Positions 51,234 through 63,268 are shown, counted from the whole stretch's first letter. The stretch: DNA of 63,268 bases, filler included, from Reticulomyxa filosa (GCA_000512085.1; 17 parts of 17 records of this genome joined end to end with filler, not necessarily neighbours in it); one strand, 5' to 3'. Program-made: numbers and translations. Notes: generated by a model from the sequence alone, not told the origin.

Positions 51234-52180
51234 ACTTACAAAGAATTTTTCAATTTTTTAACTCCGTGTAACTGTTCTCCTTCTATCAGTGTTTATTTTA
51301 CAAAAAACTAATACGGATTTAGGCAATTTTGGCGTACACAAAAGGATTACTGTTGGATTTATCTCTCAAAAATATGCAAGTTTTTATTGTGTCTGAATAC
51401 GTCACTTTGGAGGTGAAATTTTCTAAAATGTAAAAAGAGTCTTAGTGATTATCCAAATTCCACAAAGAAACAGTGATTTTGTCTTCAAACAAATGGATAT
51501 AATGCAAACAAGATACAGAAGAACCTAAAATTGATAAATGAAATATTAAGGAGAAAGGAGTTTGCCTTTCTTTTCGATTGTATAGTGAAAACGGCGGAGG
51601 AATTAACTTGGTCTAATTTAATGAAGCGTTGTTCAAATATTATCACTTTCTTGTTTTAGTTTTCCGCACGCAAAGTCTTTCAAATTTTCCTCAAATCTTG
51701 AATGTTGATTTTTTCAATTTCTTGGAAGAAAGTGATAATTTGCTCTCTTTTATTAATACTGCTACATTCACTTGGATGTACATGCTTTATTATTGAACAA
51801 AGTCATATCTCTTATACATCGTTTTTATTCTAAGTTTCTTGTGGAAGTAAGTTTTTCAAAGTTGTCGTAAATCGTCAACGCATTACTTTAAAAAAACTAA
51901 ACCATAGATTTGTTTGCGTCATGAACAAGAGAAAAACAACACAAAGTATTTCCAATCGAGGAATCTTTTAGCTTTGGGAAACATTGAAATCACAAATTAT
52001 TTCCAGTTTCCATTTGAAAAGCACAGCAAATGTACAAATGTATTGGCGAACAATTCAAAAAATTTTTTTTCTAAGGTGCTCTTGGAGCTAATTCTATTTT
52101 TCATCATCTTCCTTTTTTTTTGATGCATTGCATCTTATATTATTCTTTTTGGAATTGCCAAATGGAAGCAAAGAAAAAAA

Positions 52181-53666
52181 TCACTGGCTTATCAAGAAGT
52201 GCAAGTACAAAAATGCGTCAGTGCCATAGCCATGCATACTGACTACTCCCAAATGGCCACCAAAATATTGGGCATGTAGCCGCGACAAAGGCAGTCCATA
52301 GCCCAACCCAGCCATGGGAGTGGCTTTTGTTTTGGCATCTTTAGGAGGTACTGTAGAATAGGAATATAACCATATTTTATCCAAGTTATCTTTTGGAATT
52401 CCTCCCCCTTGATCACAAAGTTTGATTGTGACTTCGTTGGATGCACTACTACCAACAATGATCGCCTCAATGGGCGGTAACTTACTTTCATCAAGATCCT
52501 TGTGGTGTTCGCACGTTGCGCGCATTGAATTTTTTAATAACTCCAGCAATATGTAATGAAGATGCGTAGGGATATATGTAAAACGAATATGCTGCTCATC
52601 AATAATATTGACCTCGGGGACCTTTTTATTACAAAAAAAATAATTTGATTTTTTAAAAACAAAAAATAAAAAAAGAAAAATTGACTTTTCCAAAATTTTC
52701 ATGACACATTCTCGAAGCATCATCGACAGCCCATTGCAATACTTCTTTTGGTGAACAGTTGTGATCAATGATTCCCAAAGCTCCACTTTTGCCACTTTTG
52801 ATTGCCTTTGGTTTGCCATCGCTGTCGTAATACTGGGCATACAATGCACATAATTGACCCGTCAACAAGCGCGTGCCAATTCTCGATGCGTGAAAGCGAT
52901 CCAAAAAACCATTCAAGAACTTACATGTACGCACTTGCGATGCTTGCGAAGGGTGATGAATGGTGCACTCGGTGATCCCCGCGGCTAACCACTCCGTCGC
53001 ATTTGCTAATGTCTTGAAGTGGGACTCGACACCTTTCACAAAGGTGGCCAGTGATACATTATCTATGGGCTCTGGTAGGCTACGTATTAAATGAAATCCG
53101 AGTTGATACATGTTTCGAAGTTTTAATATGCTGTTTTGTTTGTTGATCACAAATGAAAACTCGTGTGATTGGCATTTGCACTTCCATTCTTATTTTTGTG
53201 TATGCGTATGCCTTTTTTTAGGCATAGTCAAAGGTAATGTGAAACCAAACCTGGGCATATCAGACAGGTTATAAGGAAGGCTTTCCAATTCGACAACGCG
53301 ATGGGAAATACGTACTGGCAACTCTCTTTTGATAAATGAAGCAAATTCCATGAAACGCTCCGGTGAACTGAATTCCACAATTTCTTTCAATGTCAATTGT
53401 GTAGCTTTGTTTTCGGCATGGTTGCGAATTACATTATCGGGTTTGGCGTTCATACTATGAGGTACACTTGTACTATACCACAGCATCTGATTATGAAATC
53501 CAGGACAGTTTTTCATCACAAGTGCTCTTTTGGCTATGTTTGTTCTTAATAGCCCAACTCTGTCCACACGTTTCCATCCATATTGCTGACGACGGGCAGA
53601 ACGCTGCAAAAACCTTTTGGAGAGACATTGTAGGCGGATAAAATTTAGAGACTTTTGTTTCCACAT
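52181..53666 (-). CDS. Mitochondrial pyruvate dehydrogenase kinase / BCKD kinase family protein, three exons
   Basis: ELPVRISHR, FLDRFHASRIGTRLL, ELLKNSMRAT, DQGGGIP and PMAGLGYGLPLSRL...YFGG...GYGTD motifs. The N-terminus is Arg-rich and transit-peptide-like. Confidence 0.95.
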
Positions 53667-54069
53667 CGCAATCAAAAAAGACTTATTTTTATTCGATAAT
53701 TAGGAATTTTTTCGTAAAAAAATTTTTTGAGCGCGAGCCTGAACCGTCTTGCATTTTATTTTTATTAAATGGAGCTTTCAATTTAAATTAAATAAAGTTA
53801 AGTGTTCTTTTTTTATATAAAGTCAATTTTTCATTCGATTCGAGATTCTATATACAAGTTCACTACAGATCTAAAAGCAGTTTCCAGACAGCATTTTGTA
53901 AAAATATTTTAGATAGTTTTTCAAATTGATACGCAACAAACCCTTAAATATCCCACATCTTCAGTGAACCTAAGCGAAGACGTTTGGTTTTTTTTACGTC
54001 TCCAGGCGACACGTTCGTTGAACAATTTTCGAGCTTTTGATAGAGAAATCGAGCAATTCAAATCAACAA

Positions 54070-56275
54070 ATGTTTGATCTGAACGATCATATCCATCGTG
54101 ATTTCCAAAAAGGTTTGGACTGTGATCAACTTCGTCGCTTACGCCAAGATGATCGGCTGTGCCTTCGCAAAGAAGTTACGAGAACAATATATTTGTTCCC
54201 TCAGTGGTCCATTTGAATTCGGACATGATAGTAAAAACAAGTGCAAAAATTGTCTTATTTTTTTGGGGTGGGGACAACTGGATTGTAATAATAGCAACGA
54301 CAAGGGGAACTAATGAAACGCCGACGTGCAATGCAAGCAACTGCGAACGGGAACGATAAAACCAACAAAAAAGGAGAAACAAGCAGTTCAGGGAAAGAGA
54401 TAAGCTGGAATCATTTAAATGACTACACTGAAGATGTGAAGAGTAATGACGAAGTGCGTGTCAGTGAAGGTTTATATGCATTGAGATATTTAGTGTCCAG
54501 TGAAGAGACCCCGCGTAATGAAGATATAATCAAACGAGGTTTGGTGCCAGTATTTATCAAATACGCTCAACAATACAAATCACCTTCGAAACAACTGAAC
54601 GCTGTTTGGTGTGTTTGTTTGTTTGTGTTTTGGCACGATTGCAATGTTTGCACTCTGTGCAAAAACACTCTCTCTTCGGAGTAGTGATCAAAATCCGTTC
54701 CAGAAAAGTACACAACGCGGAGGGTATTTGTTTGCATTGTCGAAACAGGTGCTTGTCCAACATTGCAGCAGGGACAAGTAACGAGACTACAGAAGTAGTG
54801 GAAAGTGGGGGATTGGATGTGATGATGGAACTGATAAAACCATCGAATGATAGGTTAACAATGAATTGGTGGAGCAAGCATTTTGGTGTTTGGGTAATAT
54901 CTGTGGCGATCGTTTTGATTATACGTATTTGCTGTTAATTGAAAAAAGTTTCTTGCAAGAGACATTTGATAAAATGTATAAAAAGTACACGTTTGCAGCC
55001 ATGCAACAATGTTGTAGAGTTGTCAATAATGTATTTCGCATGTGTGCTTCCTGTGAACACGTTTCCGGTTTGGAAAAACAGACATCCCTTGATGAGGAAT
55101 GCAACGACGATCAATCGTCCTCTCGAGATTTACAACAAGACACGAAAATGCAGCATTTATGCCAATGTCGAAAACAAATTATCACTTTCCTACCGAATAT
55201 TTTGCAAACCTTCAAACTTTTATGGAATGCCTATTGCGAGACCAATGCTCCCTTAGTTGACAACAGAGAGGACTCTTTGTCTTGTTTGGACTCTCATTCG
55301 CTGTACGTACAACACACAACAAACAGAGCCCAAGAGACCGTGTAAGCGTAGAGGGTTGTATACGTGAATTGCTGTGGGCCTTTTCCTTTGTCTCGGACGA
55401 TTTCGACGACGCAAATAAAGAATGGGAATGCACCTCAGCGATATGTGATTCTAGAGCCTGTTCAATTTTTGGTCGATGATAAGGGATGAAGAGGTCCCTA
55501 CTGACATTGTGAAAAGTGCATTGCGAGTGATTGGACAAATGATTACTTCGAGCAATGATTGCGTGACAAGTCATCTTATCAAAGCTGGTTTCTATGATGT
55601 CGTTCCTAAATTGTTGACCAATTCGTCGAAAGCATTTCGTAAGGAAGCTGTATGGTTTGTATTTGTTTCCACTCTTTTTTATACCGCTAATCCAATCCTC
55701 TGCCCTTTACATGCTTTCACATGCAATATAGGATGTTGTCGAATATCGCCGGTGGCTCTGTGGATGATATCGAATCTTTGCTCTCTAAAGAGGATATCAT
55801 GAAACAGGTTGTGAAAATGTCAACTCATGATTCTCTTACGATTCGAAAGGAGGCAACGTGGGTTGTGTGCAATTGTCTTCAAGGTGGCACTCTTCAACAT
55901 ATTGAAAAGCTAATTTTTCAATATAATGTGTTGCAACCAATTGGCTCGTTCTTGCAACAGTTTTTGACAACTGCACAAGCCATTGATAGCAGACAACTGA
56001 CCACTCCCAATACTCAAAATAATATGTCCCTACATTCCTCTTTGGTCGATGCCAAAACGCTGGAAATTGTAGTAAGTACATTGGACATGGTACTTCGCCG
56101 TTTTATCAGTAATAAATCCCAATTGGAATTAGTTATCGATCGGTGTGCAGAAGTAGATATCTCCAACAAATTGGAAGAAATTTTGTATTTGGAATGTGTT
56201 GATATCAAATATCAAGGAGAAATCGGATTTTTGTTAGAAACATTTTGGCCAAATCGCGAATCATTGCATGACTGA
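54070..56275 (+). CDS. Importin-alpha (karyopherin alpha)-like protein, divergent, with frameshifts
   Basis: Spliced IBB-like segment RDFQKGLDCDQLRRLRQDDRLCLRKE/QRQGELMKRRR. ARM motifs NAVW/CLSNIAAGTS, EQAFWCLGNICGD, RKEAVW/MLSNIAGGS and RKEATWVVCN follow. Confidence 0.88.
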
Positions 56276-56918
56276 AATGCTACTTATAAGATTTTCAGCA
56301 CTTCCAATAAATGTTGTTTGTGTTTTTGAAGTACAAAATCACGAGTAAAACGGACAGTTTTGTTTCAGAAATTGTATTTAATGTTTTTTTTTAAATTTTG
56401 CCTGTTGCTCATATAATTTTTTTAATAGTCCAATACTACTTCAATAACCATCGTAATTAGAAACATTGCCGAAGTATTTTTTAATTGTAAATTTGTGAAC
56501 TCAACTTACAGTGTATTCTTAACAACAATCAAAACTAATACACTTTTGGCTACAAATACGATAAATTAAGCTTTCATTAAAAATTTTTTGTGATATATGT
56601 GATTATTTTTGGGGAACTCAATATATGTCATTTCAAAATTGAGTACATTACATTAGATTGCAGAAAAAACTGCAATACCTAAATGGCATTATACAGTAGG
56701 TTGCAAAGAAAACTGAACGCCTAAAACNNNNNNNNNNNNNNNNNNNNNNNNNNNNNNNNNNNNNNNNNNNNTTAATTAATTAANNNNNNNNNNNNNNNNN
56801 NNNNNNNNNNNNNNNNNNNNNNNNNNNTTTTTTTTTCTCTCCTGGCCCCTCCTTCTCTTTTCTGTTGGAATTCCAAAGTGGAAAAAAGAGCAAAAAAAAA
56901 ACAAAAATACAAATATCC

Positions 56919-58381
56919 TTACATGTAAAGGCCAAAAGGAAATTCTTCAATGAACTGCGAGCCTAGTTTGTCAAAGTACTCTTCATCCAAGTATTCATCG
57001 CTCATGGCACAGCGCAAGGGTTCTCCAGGATGGGCGTAGTTGCAACGCTTTCCAAATAAACACAGCCTGGAATCGATACGTGCGGGGTCACAGCACGGTT
57101 GGGTTTTGTAGTTTGCGACACGAATACGATATCTTATGTCCTCGTGGCCATGCGCAAAGTGGCACTTCCGTCCGTACGTGCAATGGCCTTTGGATACCCA
57201 ATTTTCGCACAGTTCGGTTTTGTATAAATCGGACTTTTCTTGGCAATAGCCTTTTCGTTTGTTATGTGATCGACGTCCCTCGTCGTTCGAACTGTTATGA
57301 TCTTTCGACGATTTTTCTTTATGACCGACACCGGCGCCAGCAGTTTTATGTGTTGCAGTTTGAAAATGACTTGGACTTGAATTGGAACATGCCGTGCTTG
57401 TATTTACTTTGTTGCTGCCGCTGCTATTGTTGTTGCCATTGCCATTGCTGTTGCTATTGCTGTCATGATGATGGTCATTATGCTTCGTATCTTTGTCATG
57501 ATCTTGGCTTTTGTTCTCTTCGGCGTTGAGAATTTCACGAAACGCATTGTAATCTCTAGGACCGTTGCCAATGTCGATTGTCTTAATATACTCTTTGTGT
57601 TTGCGCAAATGTGGCAATTTCATCATCGTTTCTTCTGAAAGCCGTTGGAAGTGATTTTTGCGTTGTTTGTGGTATTCCTTGACTTCTTCATTGTCCGTTC
57701 TGTATTGTTTCCAATGCATTTCAAGAATATATTACCAACTCCCTTCCACAGAACAAAACAAAACAAAACAAAACTTTTTATGGTCAAATGAAGATGATGT
57801 TTCTTTGGAAGGTGAGTCGGCGACCAAAAACTGACTTTGTTGCGATGGTGTCAAGCTTGAAACAGGAATCTTGAGAAGGAGGTTGTTGGAGTGCAAACGT
57901 ACTTCTACCTGGGGCGGGTTGCAATTCCAATCCAAAGACACCACTGTCGCGCTTTGTTTTTCGTAAAGCACTTCGTCATCAATGGCGATCACTTCGTGCG
58001 TGTCTTCGAGCGTTGTTTCCGTTTGGCTTGTCCGTTGAGTAATCCCGCTTTCTTGGAGTCCTTCTCCTTCTCTTCCTCCTCCTCCTCCTCCTCCTTCTTC
58101 TCCCCCTCCTCCCCCCGGTCACGGTTGTCGGAGAGTGTGTCGTGCTTCCAAGAGACTGCAAAGACTGGTTGTCCAAAGAATAAGACGGATGAGTTTGGAT
58201 AAATGGATTACTGGAACACGACAGCTGAGTATTGCAATTACCGAACGATAAAGAGGAGTAGTCATCGCCATACTCGGTTCCCCAGCTTGTATTGTTGGAA
58301 TTTATTCCACCGCTTGTTGCCATCGCTGTGTGAGTTGGATATTTGCACGTCTCTGCACATCACACATAAACATATACATAT

Positions 58382-58428
<47 letters not shown>

Positions 58429-61186
58429 TGTATATATTACAAGACCAGGACTAGTCGATAACACATAAATGGATGTGACATTTGCACAAATCTAACAAAC
58501 CTGGAAAGACTGTTGGGATGGATGTGCTTGCCGTCAATTGTGGGTTGGAATAGGTCGAAAGCACGTTGTAGCTGTTGGAATGATGCAGTACATTGGCATA
58601 GGCATTGTCGACAGGAGTACCAAGTCCACCAAATCCGTACGAGGGTAGCATAAAGGATGGCGTAAATGCGGTCATCATTTCGCTCAAACTCAAGCTATGT
58701 TCAAGCGCGTTTGCGTTTGGATTTAGATAATAGGTCGCATTGTTGTCCTTGTCCTTGTCGTAGTGGTGATCTTTGTTATACCTTTGTTTCGAATCGTTGG
58801 TTAGCACGTTGTTATTGTTATTGTTATTGTTATTGTTATTGTTATTGTTATTGTTGTTGGCAGTGTTTGCATTCGGGTCCTTCTCATTCTTGCTATTGAC
58901 ATTGGATGGCGTTGACGTAGTGATCGCAGACATTGAGCATGTATTCTTTGGATCACTGGCCATCCCGATATCACTCCACATCGGATAAAACGTCGATGGA
59001 AAATAACAAGAATTTGAGAGTGTGTTTGTATTTGCACTTGTGATTATATTTGTATTTGTATTGGCATTGGTGTTAATATTTGCACTTGCAGTTGTACTTG
59101 CCATGTTCCACATCCCCAACCCAAATTTGTCAGTAAAAGAAGCATTTGGATCGAAATGATTCCAAACGTTTGCGTTCAAGCTGGTGGTCATGGAAGGAGG
59201 AGGAGGAAGAGGAACGAGCGGAGGAATGAAAAGGGCGCTGTTGCTCCCGGCGACATTGACATCAAATGGGTTCGAATGGGCGGCGAGATTGGTATCCATC
59301 GTGAAAAGTCCATTTCCAATGGGTGTTGGAATGTTCATCGACGTCGGGTTCGGCATACTCAAATTACCTAGCATCGAAGCACTGCGTTGTAATACTTGAA
59401 ACACTTCGGCAAAATTGCTTGCATTGGGATTATTCGTGTTCGTCAGATTCAATACACTTGCATTACTCCCTTCCATCACAAGTCCTGGTCGAATGCCCAA
59501 TACTGATCCTATTTCCGCCGTCATTCCAAGGCCAGCTCCAATCCCAACCCCTACTCCTACTCCTACTCCTGCTCCTGCTCCTACTCCAATACCAAGTCCT
59601 TCATTTTTTTGATTAACACTTGGTTGGCTTCCCAACATCATTGCTGATTTCGTCTCGGCTGTCATTACATTGTTGTTTCCATTCTTAGCTTCACTTTTAG
59701 TATTCGTCTTCGTCTTGATGACAGCAGATTCATTCTTCCTTGCTGCAGCTGCATTTCCATTGGAAAGGGGACCCTCTTTGCCATTGTGATATCGAATACC
59801 TGCTTTGGTCTCATTGTTATGGTCGTCGTCGTCATCGTCATCGTCGTCGTCGACAGTTATCACTTGTTCTTCATTTTCTTTGGTAATGCGATTGTCTTTG
59901 TACGACAACGCAAGGTCCGGTACCACTTCAGTGTTCGGTTGTATACGTACGGCAGAAGTCATGCCGACAATGGGTACAGAGGAAGGAACAGAAGAAGTAT
60001 TACTTTGTGGCAATGGCGAGCGCAAGTGGAACACAGGTGCGTTCTTATTCATTGGTACTGACAACGAATAGGGTGTGTCTTTGGCAGTGGGCTGTCCATT
60101 TACGATTCCATTGCTGGCGTTGCAATGGACTGCGGCCGTGTACGGGATGGAGGACAGTGTGTTGGTGACATCCATGGTTGCGTCAGCAACAGTTGTCAAA
60201 TGTCTTCCATTCGGTACATTCCAATGTGTGTCAGTAGGGTGATCGTTGTCACACATCACTTCATTGCTCTTATGCAATTGACGACCGCTCGATTGTTTTT
60301 TCTTGTCATCATTTCCATTCCATTTGCTTACACAAGGATCGGCAAGGGGTTCACTTGGATTCTTTTTTTTTTTTTTTTTTATTTATTTATTTTTTATTTT
60401 TTTTATGTTTTTTAAACTGTCTTTTTTCTAAGAGCAAAAAATATCAAATACATTTGCAAATGTATCTTGTTTTTTTCGTTATTGAAAATAACAACATATT
60501 TACATATACACTCTAGTCGGTATAACTTTGGCCATAATTTTCCATTGGAACTTTTCTTCAGAAAACGGGGGGTTCGTATTTGCTGATTGTGTGCACATGA
60601 TTGACTCTGGCTTGACGCTGTTGCTACTGCTGGCTATCAAGTGTACGTTGTGGTGGTTCTTGGAAGGGGTGGCAGCTGCAATACTTTCTTCTTTCTTCGT
60701 TTCGCCTTCGAGCGCTTTTGCGGACAGTGATGACCATGGCTCGACACGGCTATCGTTGCTTCGATTTGCAATTGATGGCTGCGTTGATTGCTTACTGCTG
60801 CTCAAATTCGTCCCTTCCAAACAAGACCTTAGCGCCTCATTGATTTCTTCTTCTCCTTCTCTCTTCATCTGTTGGTATTTTCGTGCCCAGGTTGCTTCCT
60901 TTTCATTGGGCGGGCAAGAGAGATTGTGGCTCTTCCCGTTCAACCATCGCCGTCCATTGTTGTGATCACCTTGGGTACTTGAAGGTCGTGGCTTTTTCGA
61001 ATAACTTTCCGTTTCATTACTAGTTGTTGTTTTTTTTTTTTTAAGAGAATAGAAAGAAAGTTCTTTCTTTTTAGATGCGCGAAATCGTTACCAGAGTGCA
61101 TTTCTTTTTTTCTCCCCTAATGCATACCTATTTGAACCGACGTTGTTTGCGGTCACTTCAGGATTGAACGTTACACTGGAGAGCAT
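56919..61186 (-). CDS. Large low-complexity protein with C-terminal tandem CCCH zinc fingers (TTP/ZFP36-like)
   Basis: ATG at 61186. Introns 61020-61127 and 60362-60511 join exons in frame, and later exons match ORFs 58451..60277, 57979..58323/57732..57992 and 56919..57719. The fingers read YKTELC-x8-C-x5-C-x3-H then YKTQPCC...C-x5-C-x3-H. Confidence 0.85.
58371..58436 (+). repeat. Intronic (CATATA)n/(TA)n microsatellite
   Basis: Directly visible. Similar TA/TACA tracts lie in introns at 16514-16548, 35534-35592 and 37965-38000. Confidence 0.85.
58807..58860 (-). repeat. Coding (AACAAT)n repeat, poly-Asn
   Basis: Directly visible tandem hexamer within the CCCH gene. Confidence 0.85.
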
Positions 61187-62100
61187 TGAATAATAATTGA
61201 GGGAAAAATGTAACAACGAAGAAAAATACAAGGACTGTTGTTGATATTATGCCTATATTTTAAAGTTTTTGTGTACACAACCAAAATTTTCGTTGCAGTT
61301 GGGACCCCTTTTTGATGTAACGACGTACTTTTTTAACACGTCATACTTTAAAATTTTTTCACAAAAAATCGTTAATTGTATTCATTTGATTAATGAAAAA
61401 TAATATTGTAATAAAACACAACACTTTTCGCAAGTCAAATTTGTTCGTTAAGACATTTTAGAAGTTCTTTTCAGCGCCCCTAGTACCATAGAAAAACTAC
61501 GCAAACTGCCGACCAACACAATTAGAAATATCATCATATATTGCTTTCCGAATTGATTCATGCCTGAATGTTAGAGGACAAAACGGACTGCTGCTGTATC
61601 CAATGAACGCGCAGTTAGCTGGGCCTCTTTTAATTTCCGCATACGAGCGTAGAGTCCTGAATTGATTAAATTACAATCCAAATCTCTAAAACTTATGCGT
61701 TTTTTGATTCTTAATGAAGTGGGAATATAAAGTATTGTAAAATCAATAGAATTTTCATAATGTATTCATCTGTGCAACGTGCAGAAATTTTGTACTTTCA
61801 CTGCACGTATTTTTTAAAATTGCTTATTTTCAAACAAATTTGCATACAATCATTCCTTCATTCCACTAGTAATTTTGTACACTTACTTTGTATTATAGTG
61901 TTTGTGAACAACAAGAATAAAGATTTTTTTTTGTCAGACATAACACCAATATGCTTAATAAAATTGCAAAGTAGATGTTAAAAAACAGTAAGAAATACTA
62001 TTTTACGTACAATTTATTTATAATATAAGCATCTATCGTACGAAGATCCGAAAACACGCCCGGGGAAATCTTTTTTTTTTCTCAATAAAATTAGGAAGAA

Positions 62101-63268
62101 ATGGTATGTCTGCATGTGTATTTTCGCCTTTTGAAGCGGTCAAAGCCCCGTAGAAAATCAAATTCATACGTTTCGACAAGTCTATGTTATGGTTGCCATT
62201 TGAGAGGTCATTTGTTGGTGTTAAGTGGTCGTGGTGTGAGTAGCACAAGCCCCGAGGCAAGCCCACGAGATCAAAGTGCACCAACAGTGGAGGTATTGTA
62301 TCCAAAGAAGTCCCCAGAGAGGATTCACGATTTGGAGCGATCGAAGCGTTTTTGGGATCATGTGAAGAACTATATAAAAAAGCCAAAGTTGTTGCCACGA
62401 GATGAAGAGTACAAGGAGCACATAGCAAAAGAGGAGGCCTTACAAACGTACCCATTGATATTGCAATCGTACGAGGATATATCATTGATAGACCCAAAGC
62501 ATTGGAAAAACAAAGTAAAATATAAGCTTCCAAATCAAAAAAAGCTCTCAAATTCTCAGCTTCAACATTACCGACAAGCTATTAAACACATTGAAAATAT
62601 TGTATTTGGGATCAATTCTAATTCTAATTCCAATTCCAATGGCACTATTCATCATATGTATTCCCCCAATCCAAATGCGTCATCTTTATATTTTTGGAAA
62701 GACATTTGTCAAGATCTGATTGACAAGCAACTTATGACCAACCCGAAACATTTGCAAAGATTGCAAAAGCTCATTTTACAAATGCCCCATATTGAAATGC
62801 ATCGAACCAATCGCAGACATATTTCGCCCAAAGGCGATGGGAACGGACTTGTGTCCGAAAACGTGAGTGAAAATTTGCTGACGTTGCAAATGGATCGCCA
62901 CATTACCAAAATCAACTTTGGTTACGACAACAGCAACACTCCTTTGGTGGAATGGTATAATATGATCGATTGGGACAAGCCCAATCCAAACAATGAGAAC
63001 GGACATAACCAGTCGCATGTTCAGTTGCATTCGCGCTCGTTTCATAAACAGAATGGCCGTATGGCGTGGAAAAATTTGAACGATTTGAAGCACTTGTTGA
63101 AAACGTATGGTATGCATGAGACCTTTGCACAGTTGAGTAGTGAGTCCAAAGTGATACTGTCCCGAGGCTTGGACAGACATTTGGACAATGGATATGAGAC
63201 TTTGTTATATGGTCGTGCTGCTGTTGACATTCATAACGATAGTAATACAACAACGAAAACAACCACTT
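62101..63268 (+). CDS. Hypothetical protein, open to the window end; possible mitochondrial presequence
   Basis: Uninterrupted frame from ATG 62101 to 63268 (about 389 codons), absent from the ORF track because it has no stop. The first ~50 aa are R/K/S/L-rich and contain no acidic residues. Confidence 0.75.
   Translation, partial: MVCLHVYFRLLKRSKPRRKSNSYVSTSLCYGCHLRGHLLVLSGRGVSSTSPEASPRDQSAPTVEVLYPKKSPERIHDLERSKRFWDHVKNYIKKPKLLPRDEEYKEHIAKEEALQTYPLILQSYEDISLIDPKHWKNKVKYKLPNQKKLSNSQLQHYRQAIKHIENIVFGINSNSNSNSNGTIHHMYSPNPNASSLYFWKDICQDLIDKQLMTNPKHLQRLQKLILQMPHIEMHRTNRRHISPKGDGNGLVSENVSENLLTLQMDRHITKINFGYDNSNTPLVEWYNMIDWDKPNPNNENGHNQSHVQLHSRSFHKQNGRMAWKNLNDLKHLLKTYGMHETFAQLSSESKVILSRGLDRHLDNGYETLLYGRAAVDIHNDSNTTTKTTT

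Noticed and set aside
1245-56827. Recurrent TTAATTAATTAA as a biological repeat, CRISPR repeat or insertion site
   Set aside because: It is always centred in exactly 44+44 N and gives stops in six frames, so it is a concatenation linker.
1-63268. Gene neighbourhood or operon logic across the window
   Set aside because: The contigs are unlinked; only within-contig adjacency was used.
1-63268. Non-standard genetic code or stop readthrough to explain broken ORFs
   Set aside because: TAA, TAG and TGA all terminate conserved genes and long exons lack them. The breaks are explained by introns, homopolymer shifts or decay.

Overview
This window is not one locus. It is 17 unlinked contigs joined by an artificial 100-bp linker (44 N + TTAATTAATTAA + 44 N). 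Sixteen contigs are AT-rich, intron-containing eukaryotic DNA using the standard code. The expanded WD40, Kelch, TPR and U-box families resemble those of a foraminiferan such as Reticulomyxa filosa; this is recognition from memory, not verified by search. One contig (24107-25115) is GC-rich bacterial DNA carrying a TctC/Bug-family and a DMT-family gene. Recognisable housekeeping genes are an ELO elongase, SRP receptor alpha, kinesin-5, a mitochondrial PDK/BCKDK kinase, importin-alpha, a stefin, a CAP-Gly protein and a TTP-like tandem CCCH protein. Several are visible only after splicing by hand. Three signals stand out. (i) A fast-turnover repertoire of repeat-propeller proteins fused to ubiquitin or oligomerisation modules (Kelch-coiled coil-SAM-U-box, TRAF-zinc finger-coiled coil-WD40, PB1-like-TPR, PUB, SAM), with head-to-head paralog pairs, pseudogenes and substitutions that appear focused on ligand-facing loops; an innate-recognition role is an inference. 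(ii) A kinesin-5 with a C-terminal PDZ-like domain. (iii) Many 3' splice sites preceded by A-tracts instead of polypyrimidine tracts. Many frameshifts fall in homopolymers and may be sequencing errors.
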